The position numbers and the translations under genes are program-made. Below, in pieces: positions 11,839-21,170 of a stretch of 64,000 nucleotides of DNA (position 1 is the first letter of the stretch; each line of letters begins with the position of its first letter). The notes beneath the pieces were generated by a model. The model worked only from the letters and a program-made list of their open reading frames with translations, ran no database searches and was not told where the DNA came from. Origin of the DNA: an uncultured Actinomycetota bacterium (GTDB lineage Bacteria > Actinomycetota > Actinomycetes > JAHEKZ01). The stretch spans positions 640,001-704,000 of the forward strand of contig CAVURN010000002.1 of assembly GCA_963743915.1 (NCBI GenBank), in the 5' to 3' direction.

Positions 11839-12270
11839 GCCTTCTCCATGCGCGTCGAGCAGCGCGGCCCGGTCGTCGGGGAACGGCGCGACCTTGCCCG
11901 CCGCGGTGTCCACGTGCAGGTAGAGCGACTCCCCCGTCGCCACCGGGGTCGTCGCCGACCAGCAGGGTGGTCGCCAGCCGCAGCCGCTTGGCGTCGCACG
12001 ACGCCACCCACGACTCGCGCGCGAATCACGTCGTCGCGCGCTCACCTCGTGCAGGAACTTCAGGGTGATCTCGACGGTGTACATGCTGCAGCCCGTGCGC
12101 TCCCGGTACGCCGCGCTCAGGCCGAGGGCGTCGAGGAACATCTCGTTCGCGTCGGTCAGCACCTGTGGCGTACGCCGCGTCGTTCATGTGCCCGTTGTAG
12201 TCGATCGACGCCAGCGGGACGCCGCACGAGAACTCGGTGTACGGGGACTCACGACGGTGTCGTTGCTCAC
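11814..12270 (-). CDS. Hot-dog thioesterase (betainyl-CoA thioesterase-like), antisense paralog, frameshifted
   Basis: IDYNGHMNDAAY, FLDALGLSAAYRERTGCSMYTVE, TGESLYLHVDTAAGKVAPFP across frames; stop at 11814. Confidence 0.75.
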
Positions 12271-12313
12271 CAGTCGATCGTGCCACGACGCACCGAGCCA
12301 GCGAAAGGACGCC

Positions 12314-12887
12314 ATGAGTAGCGACGACTCGCACCCCGCACTCGGGTCACCACGCCCGAACGAGGGCAGGCTGCACGCCGGCTGGGACGCGACCGCGCCC
12401 ATCGACGCACCTCTCCGGCTGCACGAGACCACCGTGACGCCCGCCTGGTGCGACTACAACGGCCACATGAGCGAGTCGAGCTACCTGCTGGTCGTCGGTG
12501 ACAACGCCGACGCCTTCTTCCGCTACTTCGGCATCGACGAGGAGTACCGCGCCAAGGGCGGGTCGCTCTACACCGCCGAGACGCACCTGCACCACCTGCG
12601 CGAGTGCGACGAGGGTGACCGGCTCACCTTCACGCTGCAGGTGCTCGGCGTCGACCGCAAGCGCGTCCACATCGTCCACGAGGTGCTCGACGCCGACACC
12701 GGACAGCCGGTCGCCACCGCCGAGCAGATGCTGCTGCACGTCGACATGGCCGCCGGCAAGGTCGCACCCCTGCCCGACCACCTGTACGACCGGCTCAAGG
12801 CGATCGAGGCAGCACATGCAGCGCCTGCCCGTCCCCGACTACGTTGGCCACGTCATGGGTCTGCCACCCCGCAAGCCCACCGACTGA
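12314..12887 (+). CDS. Hot-dog thioesterase (betainyl-CoA thioesterase/CdhB-like)
   Basis: LRLHETTVTPAWCDYNGHMSESSY, SLYTAETH, TAEQMLLHVD; AAAGGA RBS; frameshift near 12815. Confidence 0.85.
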
Positions 12888-12902
12888 GGAGAGAGCAACC
12901 GC

Positions 12903-14076
12903 ATGGACTTCGCCCTGACCGACGAGCAGCGTGCGATCGTCGACACCGTTCGCTCCGTTCGTCGAGCGTGAGCTCGTGCCGCACGAGGACGAGGTCGAGC
13001 AGCTCGACGAGGTGACACCCGAGCTGGCGGCGGCGATCCGCACGAAGGCACTCGAGCGCCGGGCTGTACGCCGCGAACATGCCCGAGGACGTCGGTGGCG
13101 GCGGGCCTGGACGCGGTCTCGCTCGCCCTGGTCGAGCGCGAGCTCGGGCGCACCTCCTTCGCCCTGCACCACTTCGTGGCGCGACCGAGCCGCATCCTGA
13201 TGGGCTGCACCGGCGACCAGGTCGAGCGCTACCTGCTGCCCACCGTCCGCGGCGAGAAGCAGGAGTGTCTGGCCATCACCGAGCCCGGCGCCGGGCTCTG
13301 ACGTCCGCGGCATGACGACCACCGCACGCCGCGACGGCGACGACTGGGTGGTCAACGGCACCAAGCACTTCATCAGCCACGCCGACATCTCCGACTTCAT
13401 CATCCTGTTCGCCGCCACCGGCGAGGAGCAGTCCTCGCGGGGCACGCGCAAGCTGATCTCGTCGTTCCTCGTCGACACCGACCTGCCGGGACTGACGATC
13501 ACCAAGGGCTCGCCGAGCGTCTCGCACCGCGGCTACCACCACTGCGAGCTCCACTTCGACAACGTCCGCATGCCGGCCCAGGCCCTGCTCGGCGAGGAGG
13601 GCCGCGGCTTCGACCTGATGGGCCAGTGGCTCGGCGCCACCCGTCTGGCGGTGGCCGCCAACTCCGTCGGCCGCGCCCAGCGCGTCCTCGAGGAGGCCCT
13701 GTCCTGGGCGGTGAGCCGCGAGCAGTTCGGCCAGCCGATCGGCCGGTTCCAGGGACTCAGCTTCCAGCTCGCCGACTCAGCGCTCGAGATCGAGGCGGCC
13801 CAGCTGCTCACGCTGCAGGCGGCGTTCCGCGTCGACGACGGCACGGTGACCGACACCGATGTCGCGATGGCCAAGCTGGTGGCCACCGAGACCCTCGGAC
13901 GCGTCACCGACCGCGCGGTGCAGGTGTTCGGCGGCATGGGCCTGGTCCGCGAGTACAAGATCGAGCGGTGGTGGCGCGACGCGCGCGTCGAGCGCATCTG
14001 GGACGGCACGAGCGAGATCCAGCGCCACATCATCTCCCGCGCCCTGCTGCGGCCGCTGGAGGGACAGAGCCGATGA
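12903..14076 (+). CDS. Acyl-CoA dehydrogenase (probably gamma-butyrobetainyl-CoA dehydrogenase), frameshifted
   Basis: MDFALTDEQ, CLAITEPGAGSD, VNGTKHFIS, REQFGQPIGRFQ, AVQVFGGMG, RVERIWDGTSEIQR. Confidence 0.88.
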
Positions 14077-14853
14077 CCGTCCACACCGAGGTTCGCGGCT
14101 CGACGCTGCTCGTCACCCTCGACGTCCCGAAGGCGAACGCCATCAACGTCGACACGAGCATGGAGCTCTACGGCGCCTTCGTCCGGCTGCGCGAAGACCC
14201 GCGCGCTGCGTGCGGCGGTGCTCACCGGCGCCGGTGAGCGCTTCTTCAGTGCCGGGTGGGACCTCAAGGCAGCTGCCGAGGGAGAGGCGGTCGACGCCGA
14301 GCACTCCCCCGGTGGCTTCGCCGGGCTGACCGAGTTCTTCGACGTCGGCAAGCCGGTGATCGCCGCCGTGAACGGAATGGCCATCGGCGGCGGCTTCGAG
14401 CTCGCGCTGTCCGCCGACCTCGTCGTCGCCGCCGACCACGCGGAGTTCGCCCTGCCGGAGGTCAAGCTCGGCATCGTCGCCGACTCCGGCGGGCTGCTGC
14501 GCGTACCGGCGCGCGTCCCGCGTGCCGTCGCCCTGGAGTGGCTGCTCACCGGACGCCGCATCACCGCCGAGGAGGCGCGCGCTGGGGCTTGGTGAACCGG
14601 GTCGTGCCGGCGGCCGAGCTGCTCGACGTCCGCACTCGAGCTCGCTGCCGCGATCGAGGAGTCGGCGCCGCTCGCGGTCGCCGCTGTGCTCGAGATCGTC
14701 CGAGAGACCGAGGGGATGCGAATCGACGAGGCGTTCCGGATGCTCCGCGACGGGCGAGCTGCCCGCCTACCGCGCCTGCATCAGCTCCGAGGACGCCCTC
14801 GAAGGCCCGCGCGCCTTCGCCGAGAAGCGCTCCCCGAGTGGAAGGGCCGCTAG
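14073..14853 (+). CDS. caiD: Crotonase family, carnitinyl-CoA dehydratase (CaiD-like), frameshifted
   Basis: [65 protein letters not shown]; ATGA overlap. Confidence 0.82.
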
Positions 14854-14923
14854 CTGTAGTTCCAGCAGCCGAGGCAGGCCTTTACGTCCACCAGCCACGC
14901 ATCAGGCGGGCTTTGAGTGGCGC

Positions 14924-15692
14924 TCAGAGGTGGTAGGTCTCGGTGTGGCCGTCCACTGCGATGGCCTGACCAGACACCATCCGCGCCTGCGGCGACGCGA
15001 GGAAGACGCACATGTCAGCGATCTCCTGGGGCTCGACGAAGCGGGCGATCGACTGTGAGCTGGTGTACTCCGCTCGACGACGTCGGGGGTGACGCCTCGG
15101 CTGTCCGCCTCGGCCGCGATCACACGGTGCCATCCGCGCGACCCCGTACCGAACCTGGGCAGACGGCGTTGGCGGTGACTCCGTACCGCCCGAGCTCGAT
15201 CGCGAGCGACTTCGTCAGGCCGATCACCGCCCACTTGGCCGCCGCGTACGGCGTGCGACGGCCGTAGCCGACCTGACCGGCCGTGGAGGACATGTTGACG
15301 ATCGACCCGCTGCGCTGGGCCTTCAGGTGGGGCACGACTGCCCGGCAGGTGAGGAAGTGGCTGTCGAGGTCGACGGCCAGGCACTGACGCCAGTCGTCCA
15401 GCGAGACGTTCTCCACGTCGGCGGTCGGTCCCGCGATTCCTGCGTTGTTGACCAGGACGTCGACGCCGCCGAGTACCTCCAGGGACTCCGCACACCAGCG
15501 GTCCACCGCCTGCGCATCACCGAGGTCGGCGACTGATCCAGTGATGCGTTCATGGCGCCCGGTCAGTTCCGCGATCGCCGACTCAGAGACGTCACAGGTG
15601 TGCACGTGTGCACCGTTCGCAGCGAAAGCCTGGGCGATGATTGCGCCGATCCCGGAACCACCTGCGGTCACCATCACTCGTTGAGGCGTCAT
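14924..15692 (-). CDS. Classical SDR oxidoreductase, frameshifted near 15130 and 15075
   Basis: VTAGGSGIG, LVNNAG, YAAAK, NAVCPG, SGQAIAVDG. Confidence 0.88.
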
Positions 15693-15744
15693 GGCCTCAT
15701 CTTGGCGGTTCTGATCCTCGTGCGCGTCGAATCAGGGCAGCGTT

Positions 15745-15969
15745 TCAGGCTGTGGCAGCGCGATGCTCCTGGGCGATGCGCTCGCAGGAATGGGTGTCGT
15801 CAAAGCCGAACTCGTAGCTGCAGTCGTGGCAGACGGTCATCGCGACCGGTCCGAGATGCACGACCTCGACCTCATGGGGGTGGCAGCAGTCAGACCCGTG
15901 CGCGTGGTCGCGCCGGTGCACGGCGGTCAGCGTCGCCCGGATGATCGGATCGGGACAGTTCGGCGTCAC
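15745..15969 (-). CDS. Small Cys/His-rich hypothetical protein (74 aa)
   Basis: GTG start; HRRDHAHGSDCCHPHE..VCHDC..HSC..EH; preceded by a sigma28-like promoter. Confidence 0.55.
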   Translation of the reverse strand: MTPNCPDPIIRATLTAVHRRDHAHGSDCCHPHEVEVVHLGPVAMTVCHDCSYEFGFDDTHSCERIAQEHRAATA

Positions 15970-15976
15970 ATTGGCT

Positions 15977-16006
15977 CTATCGGCACGGCAGCGGCGGGGG
16001 CTTGAG
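15977..16006 (-). promoter_or_regulatory. FliA/WhiG (sigma28)-like promoter
   Basis: CTCAAG-N16-GCCGATAG ending 7 nt before GTG 15969. Confidence 0.5.
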
Positions 16007-16189
16007 CCTTGGTTCGGGCCATCCATGGCCATCCTCGGGGAAGTGGGATGTCGGACGCCCACCAGCATCCGCCCGCCCCCGGCACCGCGCGCCTCGACAC
16101 GCCGGAGACGCGCGGTGCCACTGCGACCACGGTCATCGACCCGGATCGGGTGGTAGACAGTCACCACCACCGCAGAGAGCAGGAAGACC

Positions 16190-17681
16190 ATGCCCCCACG
16201 CCTTCCCGGACGCCGTCTGTGGCTCGTCGCAGCAGCCCTGGCCCTGCCCCTGGCCGGCCTGGCCCTGCCCGCAGCCGAGGCCGCTCCTGCGCCCAGCGTC
16301 CGGCTGCTCAGTCCCTCGACCACGGGACACCTCGAGCTCTATCCCAGAGGCAGCTACAGCCTCGACGTCCCGGTCTACGTCGCGGCGAGTGGGGGGCCGT
16401 TCGAGGTGTGGGCGCAGCGGACCTATGACCAGCCCAGCATCCTGAACCAGGTGACGCGGGACGCCGGCTGGTCGGTCGTCGGCACCCAGGTGGTCGACGG
16501 AGTACCCGAGCCGGACTTCCAGCGGGGACTGACCGGACTTCTTCCAGGTGACGCTTGCGAAGCGGAACGGAACGGTCCTCGCCACCCGGACGCGCGCCTT
16601 CTGCCCGGGGAACGGAGATCTCCAGCGCCTCGACGACGACGGGCCGAACACCTCGCGCTACACCGTGCCCTGCTGGGCCAGCCCGTTCACGCGCGGACTC
16701 CCCTGGGGCATCGACCAGGGATGGGCGGTCAGTCCGGAACTCGGCCTCGGTCGACGTCTGACGATCGACCCGGGCACCTACCGACTCACCGTCTCGGTCA
16801 CCGATGACTACCGCAGCGCCTTCGGCATCGCTGACGAGGACGCCGAGCTCTCGTTCCTCGTGGACGCCGTGAAGGGCGACCGCTCCGAGCCGCACGTCCA
16901 CGCGGACGCCACCCTTCGCGCGCCGGGTGGCAGGGCCGCACGGACGGCCGCGCCGATCGTCACTCCCCCCGATTCTGCGCTGCCTGATCTGGAGGCCCTC
17001 CCGGCCTGGGGGATCTCCGTGAGCAACCGCAACCGGACCGGACGGTCCTTTCTGAACTTCGGCGCCACGGCCTGGAATGCCGGCCCCGGCGACCTGGTCG
17101 TCGAAGGGTTCCGCGACCCCTCGTCACTCACGATGGACGCCTTCCAGTACTTCTACGACGGCGACACGGTGGTGGGCAAGCTCCCGGCGGGCACTCTGGA
17201 GTACGACAACCGAGACGGCCACGACCACTGGCACTTCCGTGACTTCGCCTCGTACTCGCTGCTCGACGCAGACCGTCAGCTGATCGTCGACAGCGGCAAG
17301 GAGGCCTTCTGCCTGGCCCCCACCGACCCGATCGACCTGACCGTCGACAAGGCGGAGTGGGACCCGTGGCTCACCGATCTCGGCACCGCCTGCGGGGAGT
17401 CCGACTCGCTGTGGATCCGTGAGGTTCTCGAGACCGGCTGGGGCGACACCTACACCCAGTACCGTCCGGGGCAGTCGTTCGACATCACCGACCTGCCCAA
17501 CGGGGTCTACTTCATCCAGGTGTCGGCCAATCCCGACGACGTCCTGGCCGAGGGCTCGGATGCCAACAACGTGGCGCTCCGCAAGATCCGGCTGCGCGGA
17601 AAGGCGGGAGAACGGTGGGTCCACGTCCCGCTGTACAAGGGGATGGACACCGAGACCAACGGGTGCGGACCCTTCTGCTGA
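16190..17681 (+). CDS. Secreted lysyl oxidase-like protein, frameshift near 16540
   Basis: Signal peptide; GHDHWHF Cu motif, GKEAFCL, GWGDTY, DITDLPNGVY..SANP..EGSDANN. Confidence 0.82.
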
Positions 17682-17685
17682 GGGT

Positions 17686-18720
17686 CTAACCCCCACCTGC
17701 CAGTCGCAGGTTGGCGAGCTGTGTCGCCGTCCCGATCGCGATGACAGCGTCACCGGGCCCGATCACCCGCTCGGCCGGTGGGTTCGTGACGAACTGGCCC
17801 TGAGCGTCACGGAGGGCGAGAAGCAGCGCACCTCCTCCCTCATGTACACGCGCCTCCCGAACCGTCATGCCCGCCAAGGCCGAGCCCTGCGCGACCTCGA
17901 AGTCCTCCAGACGGAACTCCATGCCCGCATCGTGCATGGCGACGTCGAGGAAGTCGACGACGTGGGGTTGCAGTGCGGATGCCGCGATCCGGTCACCGCC
18001 CAGCCGTTGCGGGTTCACGACTCGGTCTGCGCCCGCCCGCTCGAACTTCGGAACCGCCTCCTCGGTCCGCGCCCGAGCGATGATGAGCAGGTCCTCGTTG
18101 AGCGCACGGGCACTCAATGTCACGAACAGCGAGTCGGCGTCGTTCTCCAGGGTGGCCACCAGCGCCTGGGCCGTCCCGATCCCCGCCTGACGCAGCACGT
18201 CGTCATCGGTCCCGTCTCCCTCCACGAACGGGTACGGACAGTCAGCCAGCCGGTCCTGATCCACCTCGACCACGACGACCTGACGCCCCTCTCGGGCGAG
18301 CTGGTGGGCGCTGGCCCGTCCTACGCGTCCGTAGCCACACACGATGACGTGACCTTCGAGCTGATCGATCGATCGCTGCATCCGACGGCCCTCCCACAAC
18401 GTGCTGACGTGCCCGTCGATGAAGATGGCGACGAGCAGCGTCAACGAGTACAAGACGGTGCCGATGCCACCGAGCATCAGCACGACCATGAAGAGCTTCC
18501 CCGCGGTGTCCATCTCGTAGGGCTCGCGGAAGCCGACCGTGGTGACGGTGAAGACCGTGGTGTAGGCGGCGTCCAACGGCGAGAGCCCCAGCAGGATGAA
18601 CCCCACCGTGCCGACGATCAGCACCGAAGCAACGGCCACGGCGATCCAACGGACCTGTCGGATGACGTCGAAGCCAGAACGCCGGCCGGTGAACGGATGA
18701 GCACGCGCTCGACTGGTCAC
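17686..18720 (-). CDS. Potassium channel (2TM pore plus RCK TrkA-N/TrkA-C domains)
   Basis: TVTTVGF filter, HVIVCGYGRVG, GDGTDDDVLRQAGI, GADRVVNP. Confidence 0.9.
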   Translation of the reverse strand: MTSRARAHPFTGRRSGFDVIRQVRWIAVAVASVLIVGTVGFILLGLSPLDAAYTTVFTVTTVGFREPYEMDTAGKLFMVVLMLGGIGTVLYSLTLLVAIFIDGHVSTLWEGRRMQRSIDQLEGHVIVCGYGRVGRASAHQLAREGRQVVVVEVDQDRLADCPYPFVEGDGTDDDVLRQAGIGTAQALVATLENDADSLFVTLSARALNEDLLIIARARTEEAVPKFERAGADRVVNPQRLGGDRIAASALQPHVVDFLDVAMHDAGMEFRLEDFEVAQGSALAGMTVREARVHEGGGALLLALRDAQGQFVTNPPAERVIGPGDAVIAIGTATQLANLRLAGGG

Positions 18721-18754
18721 ACCTCAATCCTGATGGTCGCGACGACTGCACCCC

Positions 18755-18770
18755 AGGACCAAAAGACCCT
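18755..18770 (-). promoter_or_regulatory. DosR/OsdR-like box for the K+ channel
   Basis: AGGACCAAAAGACCCT centred 42.5 nt upstream of GTG 18720; -10 CAGGAT 6 nt before the GTG. Confidence 0.55.
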
Positions 18771-21067
18771 CACCGGTCTGCGGCATCGACCAGGCTGTAG
18801 AGCTCCTCTTCCTCCTGCGCGTTGTGCAGTCGCATCACCCCGTACAGCCCGTAGAGCAGTCGACGCAGCTCGATGACATCGTCCTCGTCGACACAACCGG
18901 GCCCCCAGGCGTCCACCAGGCGCCGGAGCCTGAGGACCTGGTGCTGGATCTCGGCGTGGGTACGGCTGAGTCCGGCAAGGACCTCGTCACCGCCGAGGGC
19001 GGCGGACATGACCGGGTAGAGCTCACCCTCCTCGGCGAGCTCGTGCGGCACCAGCTCGCCCTCGAGCTCGTCGACCAGGGCACGGACCTGGCCCCGGTCG
19101 ACGTCCCCGGCGGCCAGTCCGTCGGCCACCGCACGTACGCGCTCGACGGTGTGCTGCACCGCCTGGTGGTCGGACAGGTGGCGCCGCACCACGGCGGCAT
19201 CGGCCGCGCTGACCTCCGGCAGCAGTCGTGCTGGAGGACGAAGAGCCGTCAGGGCCACAAGGATCGCGACGACATCGATGACTTCTTGAGAGAGCGCCCC
19301 AAGGGTCGGCGGAAGGAGTCCTGCTGCCGCGAAGAGCATGGCGACACCGGAGAGCCCCATGCCGATGACGACGCTCAGGAGCGCGATGCTCCGCGACCTG
19401 CGGGCGATCGTCACCACGTCGGCCAACCGGTCGACCCGGTCGACGGTGAGCACGACGTCGGCGGTCTCCGAGGATGCGGTGCTGCCGTGGGCGGCCATCG
19501 CAACGCCGACCGATGCGGCCGCCAGGGCGGGTGCATCGTTGATGCCGTCGCCCACCATGACCGTCGTCCCGCGCTCCGCCTCGCGACGGACGACGTCGAC
19601 CTTCTCCCGGGGGTCGGTCTCGGCGTGCACCGCGTCCACCCCTACCAACCGACCGACCGACTCGGCGGCATCCGCCCGGTCACCCGTCACGAGGACGACA
19701 CGCTCGAGTCCTGCAGCGCGCAGCATCCGCAGCATCCGATGCGCGTCGGGACGCAAGGGATCGCTGAGCAGGAACGCACAGACCGGCGCCTCGTCCACGC
19801 TGACGAACACCGTCATGGCACCTTCGAGACTGGCCCGTCGCGCGACGCGATGCAGCCATGGATCGGCGTCGCCCGGACTGATCCAGCCGAGGCGGCCGAC
19901 ACGGACGAGATGGCCCTCGACCCTGCCCTCCACGCCATAGCCGTGGCTCTCCTTCACGTCAGAAGGCACGACCAAGTCGAGGCCCTGCCGACGCGCGTGG
20001 TCGACGATGGCGCTGGCCAGCACGTGGGGGGAGACCTGATCGAGCGAGGCCGCCAGCCGCAGGGCTTCGGCACGCTCGGTGTCCGGCCCCGCCGTGACCA
20101 TCTCCGCCACCACCGGATGCCCGGCCGTCAGAGTCCCCGTCTTGTCGAAGAGCAGCACCTGGCCCTGTGCCAGCTGCTCCAGCGCCGCTCCGCCCTTGAC
20201 GATGACGCCCTTGCGTGCAGCCTGGGAGAGCCCCGACATGATCGCGATCGGTGCAGCAAGCAGCAGGGGGCACGGTGTCGCGACGACCAGCACCGCCACC
20301 GCTCGAACCGCGTCCCCTGACATCCACCAAGCGGCTCCCGCCACGACCAGCGTGAAGGGGACGAAGAGCGCCGCGAAGCGGTCGGCCATCCGTACAAAGG
20401 GAGCCGACGTTGCCTGGGCCTGCTCCACCAGTCGGACGATCTGGCTGTAGGTGGAGTCGGCCGCCGGTGTGGTGGCCAGCATCTCGACGGGTGCTCCCGC
20501 GTTGACGACGCCCGAGCGCACCTCGTCGCCGGCCGGTCGCTCGACCGGGTCCGGTTCGCCCGTGAGCGATGACTCGTCGAAGACTGCTGCGGCCAGCAGA
20601 CGTGCGTCGACGGGCACCACCTCGCCGCCGGCCACAAGCAGCCGGTCGCCACGAGCCACCTGCTCGACGGGCACGAGGTCGAACTCGTCGCCATTGCGTC
20701 GACGCGCTGACCGAGGGGCACGGGCGACGAGCAGAGTGAGCTCACGCTTCGCGCGGGCCTCGGCCCGGGCTTCGAGCAACCGACCAGTGGTCAGCATCAG
20801 TGTGATGATGGCGCCGGCCAGCGGCTCGTCCACGACGATCGTGCCGAGCAGGGCCAGCCACGCCACCACGTCGACACCGACGTGGCCAGCGCGCATTCCC
20901 TGCCAGAGCCAGCCCGTGGACAGGAGAAGACCGAACCCGGTGGCTGCCAGCCACACGCCGGACGCGATGGTTCGCTCGTCCAGCAACCAGGCCGCGCCGC
21001 CCAGTGCCAGCAGCACGGCGGACGCGGCGAAGGAGACCTGCTCGAGGCGGTCACGCCAACCCGTCAC
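18770..21067 (-). CDS. P1B-5 heavy-metal P-type ATPase with C-terminal hemerythrin domain
   Basis: TGEP, VATPCP, DKTGT, GDGIND, QEVID; hemerythrin motifs HELAEE, THAEI, RLHNAQEEE. Confidence 0.92.
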   Translation of the reverse strand: MTGWRDRLEQVSFAASAVLLALGGAAWLLDERTIASGVWLAATGFGLLLSTGWLWQGMRAGHVGVDVVAWLALLGTIVVDEPLAGAIITLMLTTGRLLEARAEARAKRELTLLVARAPRSARRRNGDEFDLVPVEQVARGDRLLVAGGEVVPVDARLLAAAVFDESSLTGEPDPVERPAGDEVRSGVVNAGAPVEMLATTPAADSTYSQIVRLVEQAQATSAPFVRMADRFAALFVPFTLVVAGAAWWMSGDAVRAVAVLVVATPCPLLLAAPIAIMSGLSQAARKGVIVKGGAALEQLAQGQVLLFDKTGTLTAGHPVVAEMVTAGPDTERAEALRLAASLDQVSPHVLASAIVDHARRQGLDLVVPSDVKESHGYGVEGRVEGHLVRVGRLGWISPGDADPWLHRVARRASLEGAMTVFVSVDEAPVCAFLLSDPLRPDAHRMLRMLRAAGLERVVLVTGDRADAAESVGRLVGVDAVHAETDPREKVDVVRREAERGTTVMVGDGINDAPALAAASVGVAMAAHGSTASSETADVVLTVDRVDRLADVVTIARRSRSIALLSVVIGMGLSGVAMLFAAAGLLPPTLGALSQEVIDVVAILVALTALRPPARLLPEVSAADAAVVRRHLSDHQAVQHTVERVRAVADGLAAGDVDRGQVRALVDELEGELVPHELAEEGELYPVMSAALGGDEVLAGLSRTHAEIQHQVLRLRRLVDAWGPGCVDEDDVIELRRLLYGLYGVMRLHNAQEEEELYSLVDAADR

Positions 21068-21101
21068 TCTTCCACCGTAGAAGGTGCTGCGGCAGATCGG
21101 C

Positions 21102-21117
21102 CGGGGCCAAGGTCCCT
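21102..21117. promoter_or_regulatory. DosR/OsdR-like box between divergent ATPase and PEP-utiliser genes
   Basis: CGGGGCCAAGGTCCCT centred 42.5 nt from ATPase GTG; -10 TACGGT (minus) and AATCCT (plus, 21140). Confidence 0.62.
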
Positions 21118-21170
21118 GCCCGCCCAGCCCCTGACACGGAATCCTGGGAGGTGGAGAGAGGCGGTCTGCC

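Noticed and set aside
10524-12068. 514-aa BKACE-LcdH fusion ORF
   Set aside because: Frameshift artefact; BKACE stops at 10794 and lcdH starts at 10787
17419-20320. Long antisense ORFs (17419-18876, 18824-20320, also 22982-24781, 41660-43072, 44327-45958)
   Set aside because: Shadow ORFs expected from high GC3 opposite well-supported genes; no motifs
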